Source: Lingula anatina
Lineage: Eukaryota > Animalia > Brachiopoda
Assembly (NCBI GenBank): GCA_051362555.1
Contig: CM120644.1
Location: 1,558,954-1,622,953, forward strand
Length of the DNA stretch: 64,000 nucleotides
Direction of reading: 5' to 3'
Under the pieces are notes generated by a model. It had not been told where the DNA came from. It did no database searches and worked only from the letters and a program-made list of their open reading frames with translations. Position numbers and translations under genes: made by a program. The first letter of the stretch is position 1, and the number at the start of each line of letters is the position of its first letter. This document shows, piece by piece, positions 45,801 to 58,035 of the stretch.

Positions 45801-48800
45801 TATGAAAAGATCAAGATAGGAAGACAGGGTGTACATGTAGCTTACAAGGAAGTTGGTATTTACAAATGATGTATGTAGGGGTAGGTTGTTAAAATTCACA
45901 GTGAATCAAAGTAAATTCTATAAATAGACTAAAGACAAAAAAGGAGAAAAAAAAATGCAATGTGTTAAAGGTAAAAGATCAGCCCCTAATGCTCTGTGCT
46001 TATTTACAATACTGTGAAAAATCAGATTTCAAGCAGCTCTGTCTGTAAACAGTTTACACAAACCAACCCCAGACTTGAAGATCAAGATATGATAAACTCC
46101 AGACAGGTGAAAAACAGGCAAAGGGCAACTCCATGCACCTTGCCAGTGTAACAGCCCAATTCTGCCAAGTGGTATACAGAAGAGAATAGCTCACCTGCAT
46201 TTCTGTGTCATGACTAATGTTTGGTAGGGTAAACAGTGCTGTAATTACATAAGGTGCTGCGCAGTTACAGAATCATATTGCAGCTTAAAATTTGTGCCAG
46301 CTAGGGGTGAATAATGGGTTCTGAAAATGGCAAGAAAAACATGTTGGGAATGTTATTTGCAGTATTCTGAAAATAATAATAATGCAATTAAAAAAAGGCA
46401 GTTTACTTAGAGACCTCATGGTGTGAAATTCATCAGTAAAACCTCTTCACCAAAGCTTGATCGCAATAACTAAAGGAGATATGTAATTAATGTCAATGGT
46501 TAGCCGAGTTTCGGGTTGAAAGTCCTTGATTTTTCTTTAAACAACTAGGACAGTCCTCAAAATTTTCAAGGTATTCCCTTTGAAGGCACAGATCACTGGA
46601 GCCTTGTTCTCAGTGAAGTTTGCCAGTTGGTGACCTCATCAGCAGCATTGGATTACACTGTGCCATTTATGGCTCAGGAAAACCGGGGAAACCCCTGCCT
46701 GGAATAGTACACCAGCTGGATAAGTAGAGCTATTTTAGGAAGCAGTCAGGTGCCAACATCTGGCAATGCTCCAGTGTGGCCCAGTTTCCTGGCATAGTGG
46801 CCTGCTTTGTGGATGGGTGATCTTTAATTATGTTATAGGTAGTCAGGTGTGTAGGTCTCTTGAAGTACAAACATGTTAGCTGTCCATCAACGACCCCTGA
46901 TGTCTTGTTATGCTGGCCCCTGGTGAGGATTTTATTATGGATTCTTGATGTATTATGATGTTAGTGGTAATGAGCAAAGGCTGGGAATTCCCATCACAGA
47001 CTAATAAAGAAATTCTAATCCTTACCTACTGGCAAAGATTTGACAGATGAAATAGAGTAAATGTGGCAACAAATCTGAAAGATGGTTATTTAATTTAAAA
47101 GTTTTTTTCATGACAGACAATGCAAAATAAAAGAACCACACGTGGTCATTTAAATTTAAACTTCCATATTAGGACTTGTGCTGTCCTGTTCAGTATGTTA
47201 AAGATGTAATTCCAGCCAGACATAACAGAGCTACAGAGTTCAGGCAGGGTTGTGAGAGGTAATTGCCTTGCATGCTCCAGGGGCTACAGCTAGGTCTCTG
47301 ACTGAGTTTTTTTTTCTGGGCACTGGAGTTCATCTTTCCAAATTGAGTTAGTTTTAGACAATTAGTGGCTTTACGGAATGTAAATTTTTCAGATCTTCAC
47401 TGAAACAATAAGTAATAGCCAAAGAAATGAAGCACACCCGACAAAGTAATCTTGTCTTCTTCAGATGAGATAAAGTATTTCCAGAACTAACTGCAATTCG
47501 CTGGATTGCCAGCTCTGTGTCTAATATAGCACATGCCTGGTATAGTTTTGAAGTAGGTGTTGTAAATGAAGCATACCTGCAGTACTTACTGCCTGACCTA
47601 AGTTACCAGGTCAGACAACAGCTGCTTCAGTGCTAGCACTGTGAGGTGGATGGAATATATACTGCTTTTAGCTACAGTCCAGTTGTCATTTTTCACTTAG
47701 TTTGATAGGACTTAAATGTCCTATAGAGAAGGGCAGGTCAAGTCTAGTACTATTCTTCAAGAAGTTTACCTGAACTTTTTCTAAAACAACTTCATTTTCT
47801 GATTTTCTTAGAGTTAAATCACCGAGATAAGATGGGGGAACATGTAATTTAAGACTAAAAAATGGACAGTTCACCTATCAAAATCACATTGTAATGTCAT
47901 CAGGGAGGCTCAGAGTCTGTTCTGGAATAAATTGCTGAAGATCTCTCATCCAGATGAAGTTTTTGCTACAGAACAGAAGGGCACGTGGGCTTAATCATAA
48001 TCTGAAATGATCTTGAAATGGTGTTCATATTACTAGTTAACAGCTTTTTTGGGGGTGTTTAATGATTTATTTAGTGGTAGGTTATATATATATATATAGG
48101 TAAAGACAAGATTTCTTCTTTTCATAAATTAAATTTGCTTGAATGATATAAAATATTTCCTATAGACAATAGATATCAATTTTAATGTCAGTTGAAATTA
48201 AAATAATTGTATGTGTAAGGTTCAGTTGTCTTCCCTTAAATTTAAACTTAAATTTGTTTAGCCCAGAGAATTCCTTCAATAAAATAATATGTCCCCTCAT
48301 ATAAACCAAAATATCCACCATTTCAGAGCTATGAGCTGCTACATGTATCTCTAGGGCCTTGAATGATATGGGATGTGGTAAGGGGTAATACAGTATTTGT
48401 CTGTGCAGAGTTGTTAGTTTAGACACGTTGGTTATCTTACTGTTCTGGATGAGCTGATGTGGTTCGTCAGGATGAAGCCCTGTGCATGTGTTCTTTATTT
48501 TGCGGTGTTGGTTAATTCACAAGTTCAAAGTTTTGAATGCTGATTTGTTTCATTATTTTATTCGTCATTATTATTATTATTGTCATCATTACCAAGATTG
48601 TGGGGTTCTTTTAATATAAAAAAGTGCATGATATTTATTATTATTATTATTATGACAGGCTTTTTCAGTTTTGTTCAATACCTACCTAACTGTTTTGTAC
48701 TAAAAGGATTCCATACTTGAATTGGTTTTGTTCTTGAGGAGGCATTCACAAAATTAAACATTGAACAAGTTTATATGAAAGCTGGTACTGTTTTGACCGT

Positions 48801-49608
48801 TATTGATGTTGTTATTTATAATTACTGTAACATTAGATGACCCCTTAGTATCTTGGCAACAGCAGTCATTATATATAGCACACGTTGTTTGGATGATTCA
48901 TGCTTGCTTTTAAGATGTTTCTTCTTAATTTCCTTGTTGCAACGGCAGTCATGTATTTTTTTCCTAGGACAAGTAGGTTGTGAAGAAGAGAAGTTTAGTG
49001 CACACAAAATTAAGAGACATGATTTGATGTTTTAAAATAGAACAATTTATTTGGGTTTAAAATGATGAATGTGAACATTTTTGAATGAAATATCAGCAAG
49101 TGTTGCTTCCTGAATGATATGATATCATTTCAGTATATACCAGAAATAGGAAATGTGAACGTCAGTTTAAATGCTTGAAACGAAAACTTTATATATAAAC
49201 TATATAAACAGAAAGAAAATGTTGCCTTGAATATGCCTGAGTGCATGTTCAACTTCTTTAAATGGAAAAGACTGGAATTCCAATCTTGGCAGTAGAGAAG
49301 CCAAGCTGTGCACTTGCTGTCTCTTCTCTTACAATCACATCCATAAAAGGCACTGATCTGGAAGTGACATTGCTCTACTACCTCAGTCTCTGCTACACAC
49401 ACCTGCTGCAATGGGCTGGTGTCACTTCATAATGGTTTCTTTGTCCTCATTTCAGAGTGCACAACACCAGTGGACCACAGCCGCGGCACCCTGGAGATGG
49501 GCACCACAAGTAAGTTGACAAAATAAAGGAGTGCATGCCCTTAGGCCACACTTTTTTATTTTTATGGATGACATCCTCTGGGGACCCCAAAATCAGTGCG
49601 AGAGGGCG

Positions 49609-49650
<42 letters not shown>

Positions 49651-52600
49651 TCCACTCTGGGTAAAATTTGATCTAGATACAGTAAGTTTTTATTGAAAAT
49701 GGTCCACATTTTTTCAAAAAAAAAAAGAACCCCGCCTTTTGAAATTGCTGGCTACAGGCCTGATAGACATGCTGCATCTATTTTTTTTTTTTTTTTTTTT
49801 TGTTGGAGAACGGACGAAAATCGGTGCGCGTGCAGGATGTCATCCATAAAAATAAAAAAGTGTGGCCTTAGCAAAATCTAAGGCTTCTTGCAATCTGTTT
49901 TGCTGCAAATTTGTTGCAAGTTATCAAGAATTAAGGGATTTTACCATACAAATTCATGAGGATTGTTTTAGATTTGAAAGGATATAAAAACTTTTTTCAA
50001 ACTTCGTGCCACCAAAGTTTGAACCCAATTTGTTGCCAAACTTTTCATTCTGCTGAGGGTAGCCAGCATTTTTACGTGTATTTTACAGCGGACAGCTAGG
50101 CTCCCATTGTTTACAGGCATCACTCTGTTGTTAATAATAAGTTGAGACAGATCTAAACATTTTAAGTGCTGTAAATAAAAAAAAAGAAATCAGTTTTATG
50201 AGTGAAATTCTGACAGCACTTGGCTCTTTGTCACCTGCTGAACTAACTTACTGATGATAGTTTTCATCTGAACAAAAATAAAGAGGCAAAATGTAAAACA
50301 TTTGCAACACATGTCATCACTGAAGTGAGTTACACAGTTGTCTTTAATAAGGCATGTAATAAAAGAACTCACGCAGTCTCTTTCTCTCCCCCTCCAGGCC
50401 AGTCCTGGCACAGCTAGCCCCTATGGTCTGTACCCTACAGCACAGCTGCAGCAACTCCAGGGTCTGCAGGCCCCAGGAGAGCTGATGTACGCCCAGCCAC
50501 CACAGTACCAACCAGCTGATGTCACCGAGGCCGCCATGATGGAAGCTGCCCCTGCTGAGGTACTGTACGGGTTCTGAGACTTCTTACACTTGGGATTATA
50601 CTTGCAGTTTGAGGAATTGTGAAAAGTGACTATGAATCTGGGATTGTATAAACACTGATGTATTTGTATATATCCAGGATCCCAATCTGAGTGTATATTG
50701 TGAAAATCTCCTCATTTGCTATATATATATTTTATGGTAGTAATATCTAGTTCAATTTTATATACCTCATGATAACAATTATTGTAGTATCAATATGTAT
50801 GTTGTATTTATATCTCTTCAAAACAATAACCCTATAAAATAAGAGTAAGAATGAGATATGGAATTTAAAATTGAAGTGCTATCGAGAAAGACTCTAGCTA
50901 ATGCTGATTGGTTTTCCTATTTGCTGTGTTGGCACCATCTTCTGTGGCTTGGTTATAACATTAACTCTGTATTCACAACAGCTGGCTGCTTTCTGTACAT
51001 TGGCATGGTAGACGACTCTTCTAATGGGTACTGAATTTGGTGAAGAACTGACATTTCAAATTGTCTAAAAGAAATCAAATTTCTTTGAAAAATTGTGCAG
51101 CTTAATGATATATCAGCAGTTTCTGGGGCTAAAAGTGACAAGCTTTTGATTTACTGGAAGGGTACGGTGGTTTTATAATATGCACTGATATCATTTATTT
51201 GGTACATGCAGTAAAAGCCTTGATTTCATGGAAATTGGGAGCAATATCGCTTGAATATCTTACTGTGCCAAATAGCAGAGATTATAGCATCATTGACATT
51301 AGGGTTGTCTGTTTTCATGCCAGGTGTTAGGGCATTTTTGGGCAGTCGATGAAAATGGAACATAAGTGCTATTGGAAATGATCATTTTAATGATGATGGC
51401 CTGCAGAAAAACTAGTCTTGCTGTGAGTTTCCAGTTATAAACACTAGCATGCTAAGTGGTTCTAATCTGCTAATTTATTGCTTCACATAAGAGTCCAATT
51501 GCAATAGTTTATTGATACAAAGGAAAAATTGTTAGTATTAAAGAGGAAAAGAAAGAAGGAAAGTGAAAAAATAGTAGAATTTGATTCTTATCTAGACAAA
51601 AGCATGTGTAACCTTTAGGTTGCAGTTAAGTTATGTTAAAAGCCCAGGTTGTAGGAAGTTAGTCTTGCTGAGTGTTTCCTGCTGGGGCTGAGGGCAGTGG
51701 TGTATAGTGTTAACACACCTGAACAGGGCAGTGCTGTGTACACTGCTCCCCACTGCAGGATGGAGAATACCTGTTAGGTCTACCACAACAAGGTGTGTCA
51801 TTATATCATCACAGACTCGAGGGAAAACCACTAAATCACTGGCTATAAATCTGTGGGATGTCTTCATTTGCTTGGAACAGCTACAGAAATAACCTGGCTA
51901 TTAACTATCTGCTCTATCTTGTGGTGATCTCTGGAGCAGACAGGCAGTGCAAGTGCCTGAATTCCTCTGATATGATCAGAGAGGAGAGGAGATAGCATTT
52001 GTTTCTTACTTAACATCTTGGATAATTGCTTACGGCCCCCACATAGCTGTTCCTCCCTGATATATGAGCATTGGCTCTTTTTGAAATGTCACTGAACCCA
52101 TCCATGCCTGTGAGTGTTGTGCTAATAGCTTGGCTCCAGGTGTGTTCTTTTTTTACTTACACCTTATATGGTATGGAGTTCATGCATCTTTGGGGGAAAA
52201 TTGTGTTTCAGAGGTGGTTGTCCTTTCCCTTTGGCAAAAAGACTGATTTATTGTTTTAAAAACCCCAGGTAGTGTTATCTTTCTGGCATAGATAATGAAT
52301 CTCTTGGAAAAAAAAAGGGGGCACACGAGATAGGTGTTCTTGAAGGTAGCCAAAACATTTGTATTTGAAAGAGAGAGTAAAAAACTGGGGCCTGGGGCAG
52401 TTACTGAGAGAGAAATGATAGATGAGGCAAGGATCCTGAAAACGGGCTTGATTTACCTGTTTTGTACATCTTAGTGAAGGATTTAGGAGAAAAAAGGTTT
52501 TTGTCCTTGAAGAGAGCATTCATTTTGTGGATATGCATTGCATATTGATACATAGCATAAGTAAAGTTCAGTTAGAGGTTGTTGGTATTACAACAAATTC

Positions 52601-54731
52601 AGCAAATCTCATAAATGTGGGAGGAGAGGACTTCTTGCCAATATAAGTAGAATGATGTCTATGCAAACACTTACTGTTGCATTAAAGGCTCTAAACACAT
52701 GGGGTACCCACATTATCTTATTGACATATCAAGGTTGATTTCTCATGAAACATCAAATCAAAGCATATCTGGTGGCAGATCTCCCAAACTCTTCCAGCAA
52801 GAGAAATGTGAAGTGGGTGATCTATCCTGGCCCAGTATGTGTGATGTACTGTACAGGTTGTTGTTATCTATTACAGCAGCATATTCAGGTGAAAGAAATG
52901 CTTTGATTTCTCCACAACCTGTTTATACTGCAGAATAGCATAATGGTATGGCACCAAATTCAAAAAGCAGGTGTCATTTGTTTTATTGTCTTTTTCCTCT
53001 CTAAAGATGTTCCCCTGTTTTGAATACTGTAAGTGCCCTGCAATTTTGGATATTAATGTGTTACACAGTCAGAACCAAGGTGCAGGTGAAGCCCAAGGCA
53101 ACTAGCCAGTGCATGTGAGTTTTGTACTGGCAAATCCTTCAGCTGGTCCATTTGACCAAAGCAAGTTCTTCTCCCTCAAGAATAATCAGAGCCCACCTTT
53201 CTTTGCCCATTTTGTGCAACAGGAAAAAATCAGACAGCTGTAATCTCTGTCCAGATCAAGTAATCATAGGGAGAAAGACTGCCCTGCCTGGTGTCTGCTG
53301 ATAGAACTTTCTGGGAAAGTTTTTTGTTCCTTCATACCACCCAGTGATACCTGCTTACTTGTACTACAGCTTCAGCTAGTACCTTATATAGTATTTTTGC
53401 AGTGACTGTATGGTAATGTATCACCAGAGCATGTACAGACTGATTGCATGGGTACATCGTGGCATTGCATGTCCAAAGATAACTGATCAGTTCAAGCAGG
53501 AAGGATTGGGGTGGAGGGGGATCTAAAGAGTGTTCATAAGGTGTGCTTTGATCAGCCGTGCAAGATGGTGAACATGGAAGTGGACTGCAGGAATCTGTAC
53601 ATTAATCTTCCTTTGTTCAAAGGACCGTGTACCGTAACATAGTACATGTTATATATTTAGTACCTTGATTAGTATACCTTGTGGTAAAGGGCAGGGAATA
53701 GGATGTTGCTGGAGATGCATGACATGTATGACTATGCTGATAAAGAAAAGGTAAAGGAAGGAAAGGTGGGGGGGGGGGGGGGGGGGGGCACCTGCAAGTT
53801 GTATCAGAGCCAGCTCTGATTTGCATGATTGCATGTATATGGAAGAAAGATGGTGCTTCAGACTGAAGATATGCCAACATGTGATTTGTTTTCAGTACTT
53901 TTACTGGTTGTTTACTTACTGTTGCCAGGTAGTTATCCCCTTTTCACACTGTGTATCAGGGAGAAAATTTAGGGGCAGCTGGTTTTTATGGTACATTGTG
54001 CAATTATATAACTATATTTGTTAGGATAAATGGCAGTGTTTGGCTAGTAGTAGTTGATGTAAAATCCTATTTTGTAAACTATTTAACACCAAAAAATCAT
54101 TTTGGGGATATGAAGCTTGAGGAATAGATTTATTACTTCAACAGAAATGTTACACTAACTCCTTGACTAACTGTACTTTGAAATATACTTATGTTTATCT
54201 TCTTAATAAAGAAATTGATGGATGCTTTAGAATGTTAATTGCATTTCCAATTTAGACATTTTGCTTGTTAATATTTGCTTGTTGCTTTAATCAGTTGCTG
54301 CTTTGCCGTAAACTACCTCAGCTGCTTGCTGTATGTAACATTTGTTGCCAGTGTTCTTGCTGCCTTTGCCATATGCTTGCTGTGCATGCTTCCGCCTCCG
54401 GTTACTTAAACTTTAGGGATGCCATTCTTTCTAGGGCAGTATTCTACATATGGAACCTCCTATCCACCGTACCATGTATGCCACTGATGCCCAGGCTCCA
54501 GCTTATTACAAGACCCCAGTAGCTGTCACAACAACAACTCCAGTACGTCAACAACATCATCAGCAGCCACAACATTGTGGTCATTTAAGTTATTCCAAAC
54601 AACCACCTCAGTTGGTCCGTAAAACGGTCAATGGTACAATTATCAATGTTCTCACTAGTCCCGAGAGATCTGACCAGATGATCATCACCCCCCTGACCCC
54701 ACCCCCGACCCCAGATAGCAACCAGTTATAA
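39896..54731 (+). CDS. BOLL: Boule (DAZ family) RRM RNA-binding protein
   Basis: Coding segments: ATG at 39896-39898 (ATG|GTAAGT), 42199-42333, 42551-42642, 43153-43210, 43362-43424, 43629-43650, 43935-44053, 45509-45577, 49456-49509, 50398-50559, 54435-54731. Translation includes APKYGTVIPNRIFVGGI (RNP2), DRAGVSKGYGFVTFET (RNP1) and RKLNIGPAIRKQ, typical of Boule, followed by a P/Q/Y-rich tail. The C-terminal exons are less certain. Confidence 0.9.
40851..40924 (+). pseudogene. tRNA-like sequence (Thr-UGU-like) inside the 5' LTR
   Basis: Cloverleaf with A box tagctcagtagg and B box ggttcgattcc. Anticodon loop cctgtaa has C at position 33 instead of the conserved U, and the anticodon stem has one mismatch. 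Confidence 0.65.
41042..41115 (+). pseudogene. tRNA-like sequence (Thr-UGU-like) inside the 3' LTR
   Basis: Same cloverleaf as in the 5' LTR, with a perfect anticodon stem ctcgc/gcgag, followed by TTTTT. Confidence 0.65.
42065..42176. repeat. Short tandem repeat (tatgtgaaa core) just upstream of a boule acceptor
   Basis: About five tatgtga(aa) units spaced roughly 20-30 bp apart. Confidence 0.6.
49544..49867. mobile_element. MITE with TTA TSD, containing a partial copy of the caggcccgtagccag MITE
   Basis: TIRs ggccacacttttttatttttatggatgacatcct / aggatgtcatccataaaaataaaaaagtgtggcc with tta on both flanks. Interior 49645-49762 matches 34845-34955. Confidence 0.8.
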
Positions 54732-57700
54732 CAGGAGTGTTCTTAGGTACTGTAGTCGTAGAGTCATTGTAATGTTATCAGTCACTTTAGACCTGTAGCT
54801 CACTATTATTAATATTGTTATTTTTATTATTAGTCACTTAGACCTAATTATTGTCAGTCACACATGGCCTGAAAGGTGGTAGCTGAATGAAGAAAGGAAA
54901 AAAAAAAGAGGAAATCTTGTAAAGTTTTTGGAGCAGCAAGCATTCTGTTGTTTTAAAGAGAAGGCAAGGTTTTCCTTTGCCTCTGTTGTACATATATGTG
55001 GAAACATACTATCATATACATTGATGAACTTTTGAGTATCTTGTAAAGTGAGGAGAACATATGTTTGAAGTATCATTGAAATACTGCATACAAAGATTTG
55101 GATATTTACAATTGAGTGAGCTCTTTCACTAAGATTTTAGAAATTGTACATGATTGTAATCCATACATTAAATCAGTAATGAGAAGAAAAAACGTTTGGC
55201 ACTTTTGTGCTTGTATTAAAGACTAGTTTTTGATCAATGCTAGCTAACCAAGCATTTCTTTAAACCGTTTGTATATAAGTATATATCTATGTATAGTTAC
55301 TTGTAAAACAAAAAAAGAACTCTTGAGTGTTCATACTCTCTATAATTGTACTCTAGAATATTGTGATTGAGATAATTAGTATAGAATATGCAGATATTTA
55401 GAGATAAATGCATTGTCTTTATAACGTTTTCTTTTGTAGAATATCATTGTCTTTGAGAATAGTGCTGTCCTGTATACTTGGAACATGGCAGCATATAATT
55501 ATGAAAAATGCTGCTTTTAAAAGGTTACAAGTTTGTCAATCAGCATTTGCCAATCTTTTTCTTTTATATTTGAAATAGCTTGAAAAGTTGAGCCTGTTGT
55601 AGATTTCTTGCTTAACTATTCAGTTTTATACTAAAAGAAACGCAGCCCATTAAATTTGATTTTCATGGTGGGTTTCTTTTTGGATCACTTGTACCCTGCT
55701 TCCTTTAGGACAACAACAAGTGATAAGGATTTGTAAATTTTTGTCATAGCAGATTATTTTCAGACAAGTTTCTTGTGTTTTGTTTACTGCAACAGCAAAT
55801 GCTGATGGTAGTTTTGAAAGCATTAAGAGGCAGAGTTTTAGATAAGTGTAGTCCCGTGTATGTCCCAATTGTAATGTTTTGTGTCCTTGTCCTCTGTTAA
55901 TGGAAAACCTTTAACTGTAGATGAAATTGTTCTATTTCAATTTGTATTTTCCCCAAACTTTATTTTCAGCCTGGCTGCTGATTTTTTTTTTCTGTTCATT
56001 TTAAAAGCTTGGATAATCACTTTTAAATGATATTATTGATAATGAGGGTCATAATTTAAAGTTTTGTCTAATATTAGATATTTGGTAGAAGACGAAGCAC
56101 TATTTTAACAAATCTAACTTATTTTTCTATAACAAATGGGTGATATGAGAAAGCATCATGTACGTCTTTAGTTGATTTTTCTTTGTTTATTGATTTTCAA
56201 GTCTGGTGTACAAAGTTTTAAGGGCAAAGTGTTTCATTGTAACCATCTAGGATTTCAAATACTGGAACTGGGAATTGTTCCTTGGGAGAAATTTTAAGTA
56301 GAAATGAGATGTACATGAAAGAATGACAACTTCCCTGTTTTCAGAAATGCCCTGGAAATATTTTGTTGGCATTCAAATGTGGAACAACTGCAGTGCTTGT
56401 ATATTGTATATGTGCATTTTTGGTCACGTATAAAAAAAAACTTCAATGTGATGATCGGTATTTTCTGTAAACTTGAAGAAAGAAACTTTGTGTGCCAGTT
56501 CTGTTGTCAAAGATGTAAACTCTTGAAAACTCTTTTCAAGGCAACTGGATCATTGTAAATACAACATTAGTTGTTACTGTAGCTGTATATACTGTCATAG
56601 TTGCAGTCTGTAGTCTTGTCTTTTCAATACTAAATGTTGGGTAATGGTATTAATCAGATAGTAAAAACTACAAAAAGGTAAAAAATTAACTCCAAAAAAA
56701 TTAAATGTACATCAGCTAAATGTGAAATAAACATCTTATCTAAAGACAGTTTGGTTTGGTGGTTCATTGCTAGTTGGAAAATGAAAGAACGTCAAGGTGT
56801 CCTTTGTAGGAATTACATATTCCTTTTTACCCAGATAATTTTGAAAATTGATGCTTTTCACAACGTTACCTTGGAAGAAAAAGGTTACCTTATACATTTC
56901 CTTTTTTGCCAAACTGATGGCCAATATGAAGAAAAATAATCCTTGCCATATTGAATGGTCTTCAGATGTCAGTAAAAAAATTCAGAAGGGTTCATTTCAG
57001 ATAACAGTTTTCAGAGTACATAACGCAAGTTGTTTGCCTTTATTTTATAGAGGAAAACTCGAGAATAAAATGCATCAAATAAGTTTATATTTCACAGGAC
57101 GGACTATTATCACAGCTGAGACAAGTGTATATACAGAATGTAATCTTACATTTCTTGAAAGCCCTCTGTATGCAACAGTATAAAGCACACTTTTGTAAAT
57201 CTTTGTCCCATTGAAGATAATTTCAAGTAATGAAACTACTTTGCTTAAAAAAAAAAAAAACGCCATGGAAATGCAAAGGAATGTATATAAATTGTAGCTG
57301 ATCGCTTTCCTAAAATCGAGTAAAGAGAAGTCCTAAAACATGCATTTCTTTGGCTTTGATAGTGATAGTAAATGAACGCATGGAATTTGACAGTGTGTGC
57401 AAACTAGAAAGATATTAGACTTGCATACGATGGCGGTTTCACCTTTGTCTTGAAAATCAACAGATAGTAGATGTAAATTCTTTTGAAAATAAGATATACA
57501 ATGTACAAAGAATACTTTAAAATATCTAGATTGTAAATATTGTAAAGAATCTGAAACACCCATTCGATAAACCTTATATACAAATACATAAAATATAGAA
57601 ATACAATGTATATAAACATCTGATTAAAGCACTTTGGTTCTCTAACGTACTTGAAATAACACACTGCACCATCTTCAAGAGAAAGTGTCTGGGACGGATT

Positions 57701-58035
57701 ATAATATGTAGTTTTGCCTTTGGTGGTAAAAGTGCACTTCTCATATGCACACCTGGAATACTTGCTGAGCACAAGTATGCATCTGCATGTTATGTCACTG
57801 CCATAAATAATTGGGGAATATTTTTTGTTCTAAACAGAAAACCACATGTACTTCAATTAGTGACTGATATCTGTACTTCTTGTTTGCTTAGACTAGCCGT
57901 GTACAGGAACACTCCACCTTAAAGGTGTAATATGTTTCCACTTTGTCTTTTGGTTTTCCACATTCTCCCATGTTATCATTTACTTCACACTAAATATATA
58001 TCATGCCCATCACTGGGATTGAAGCAGAGATGACA

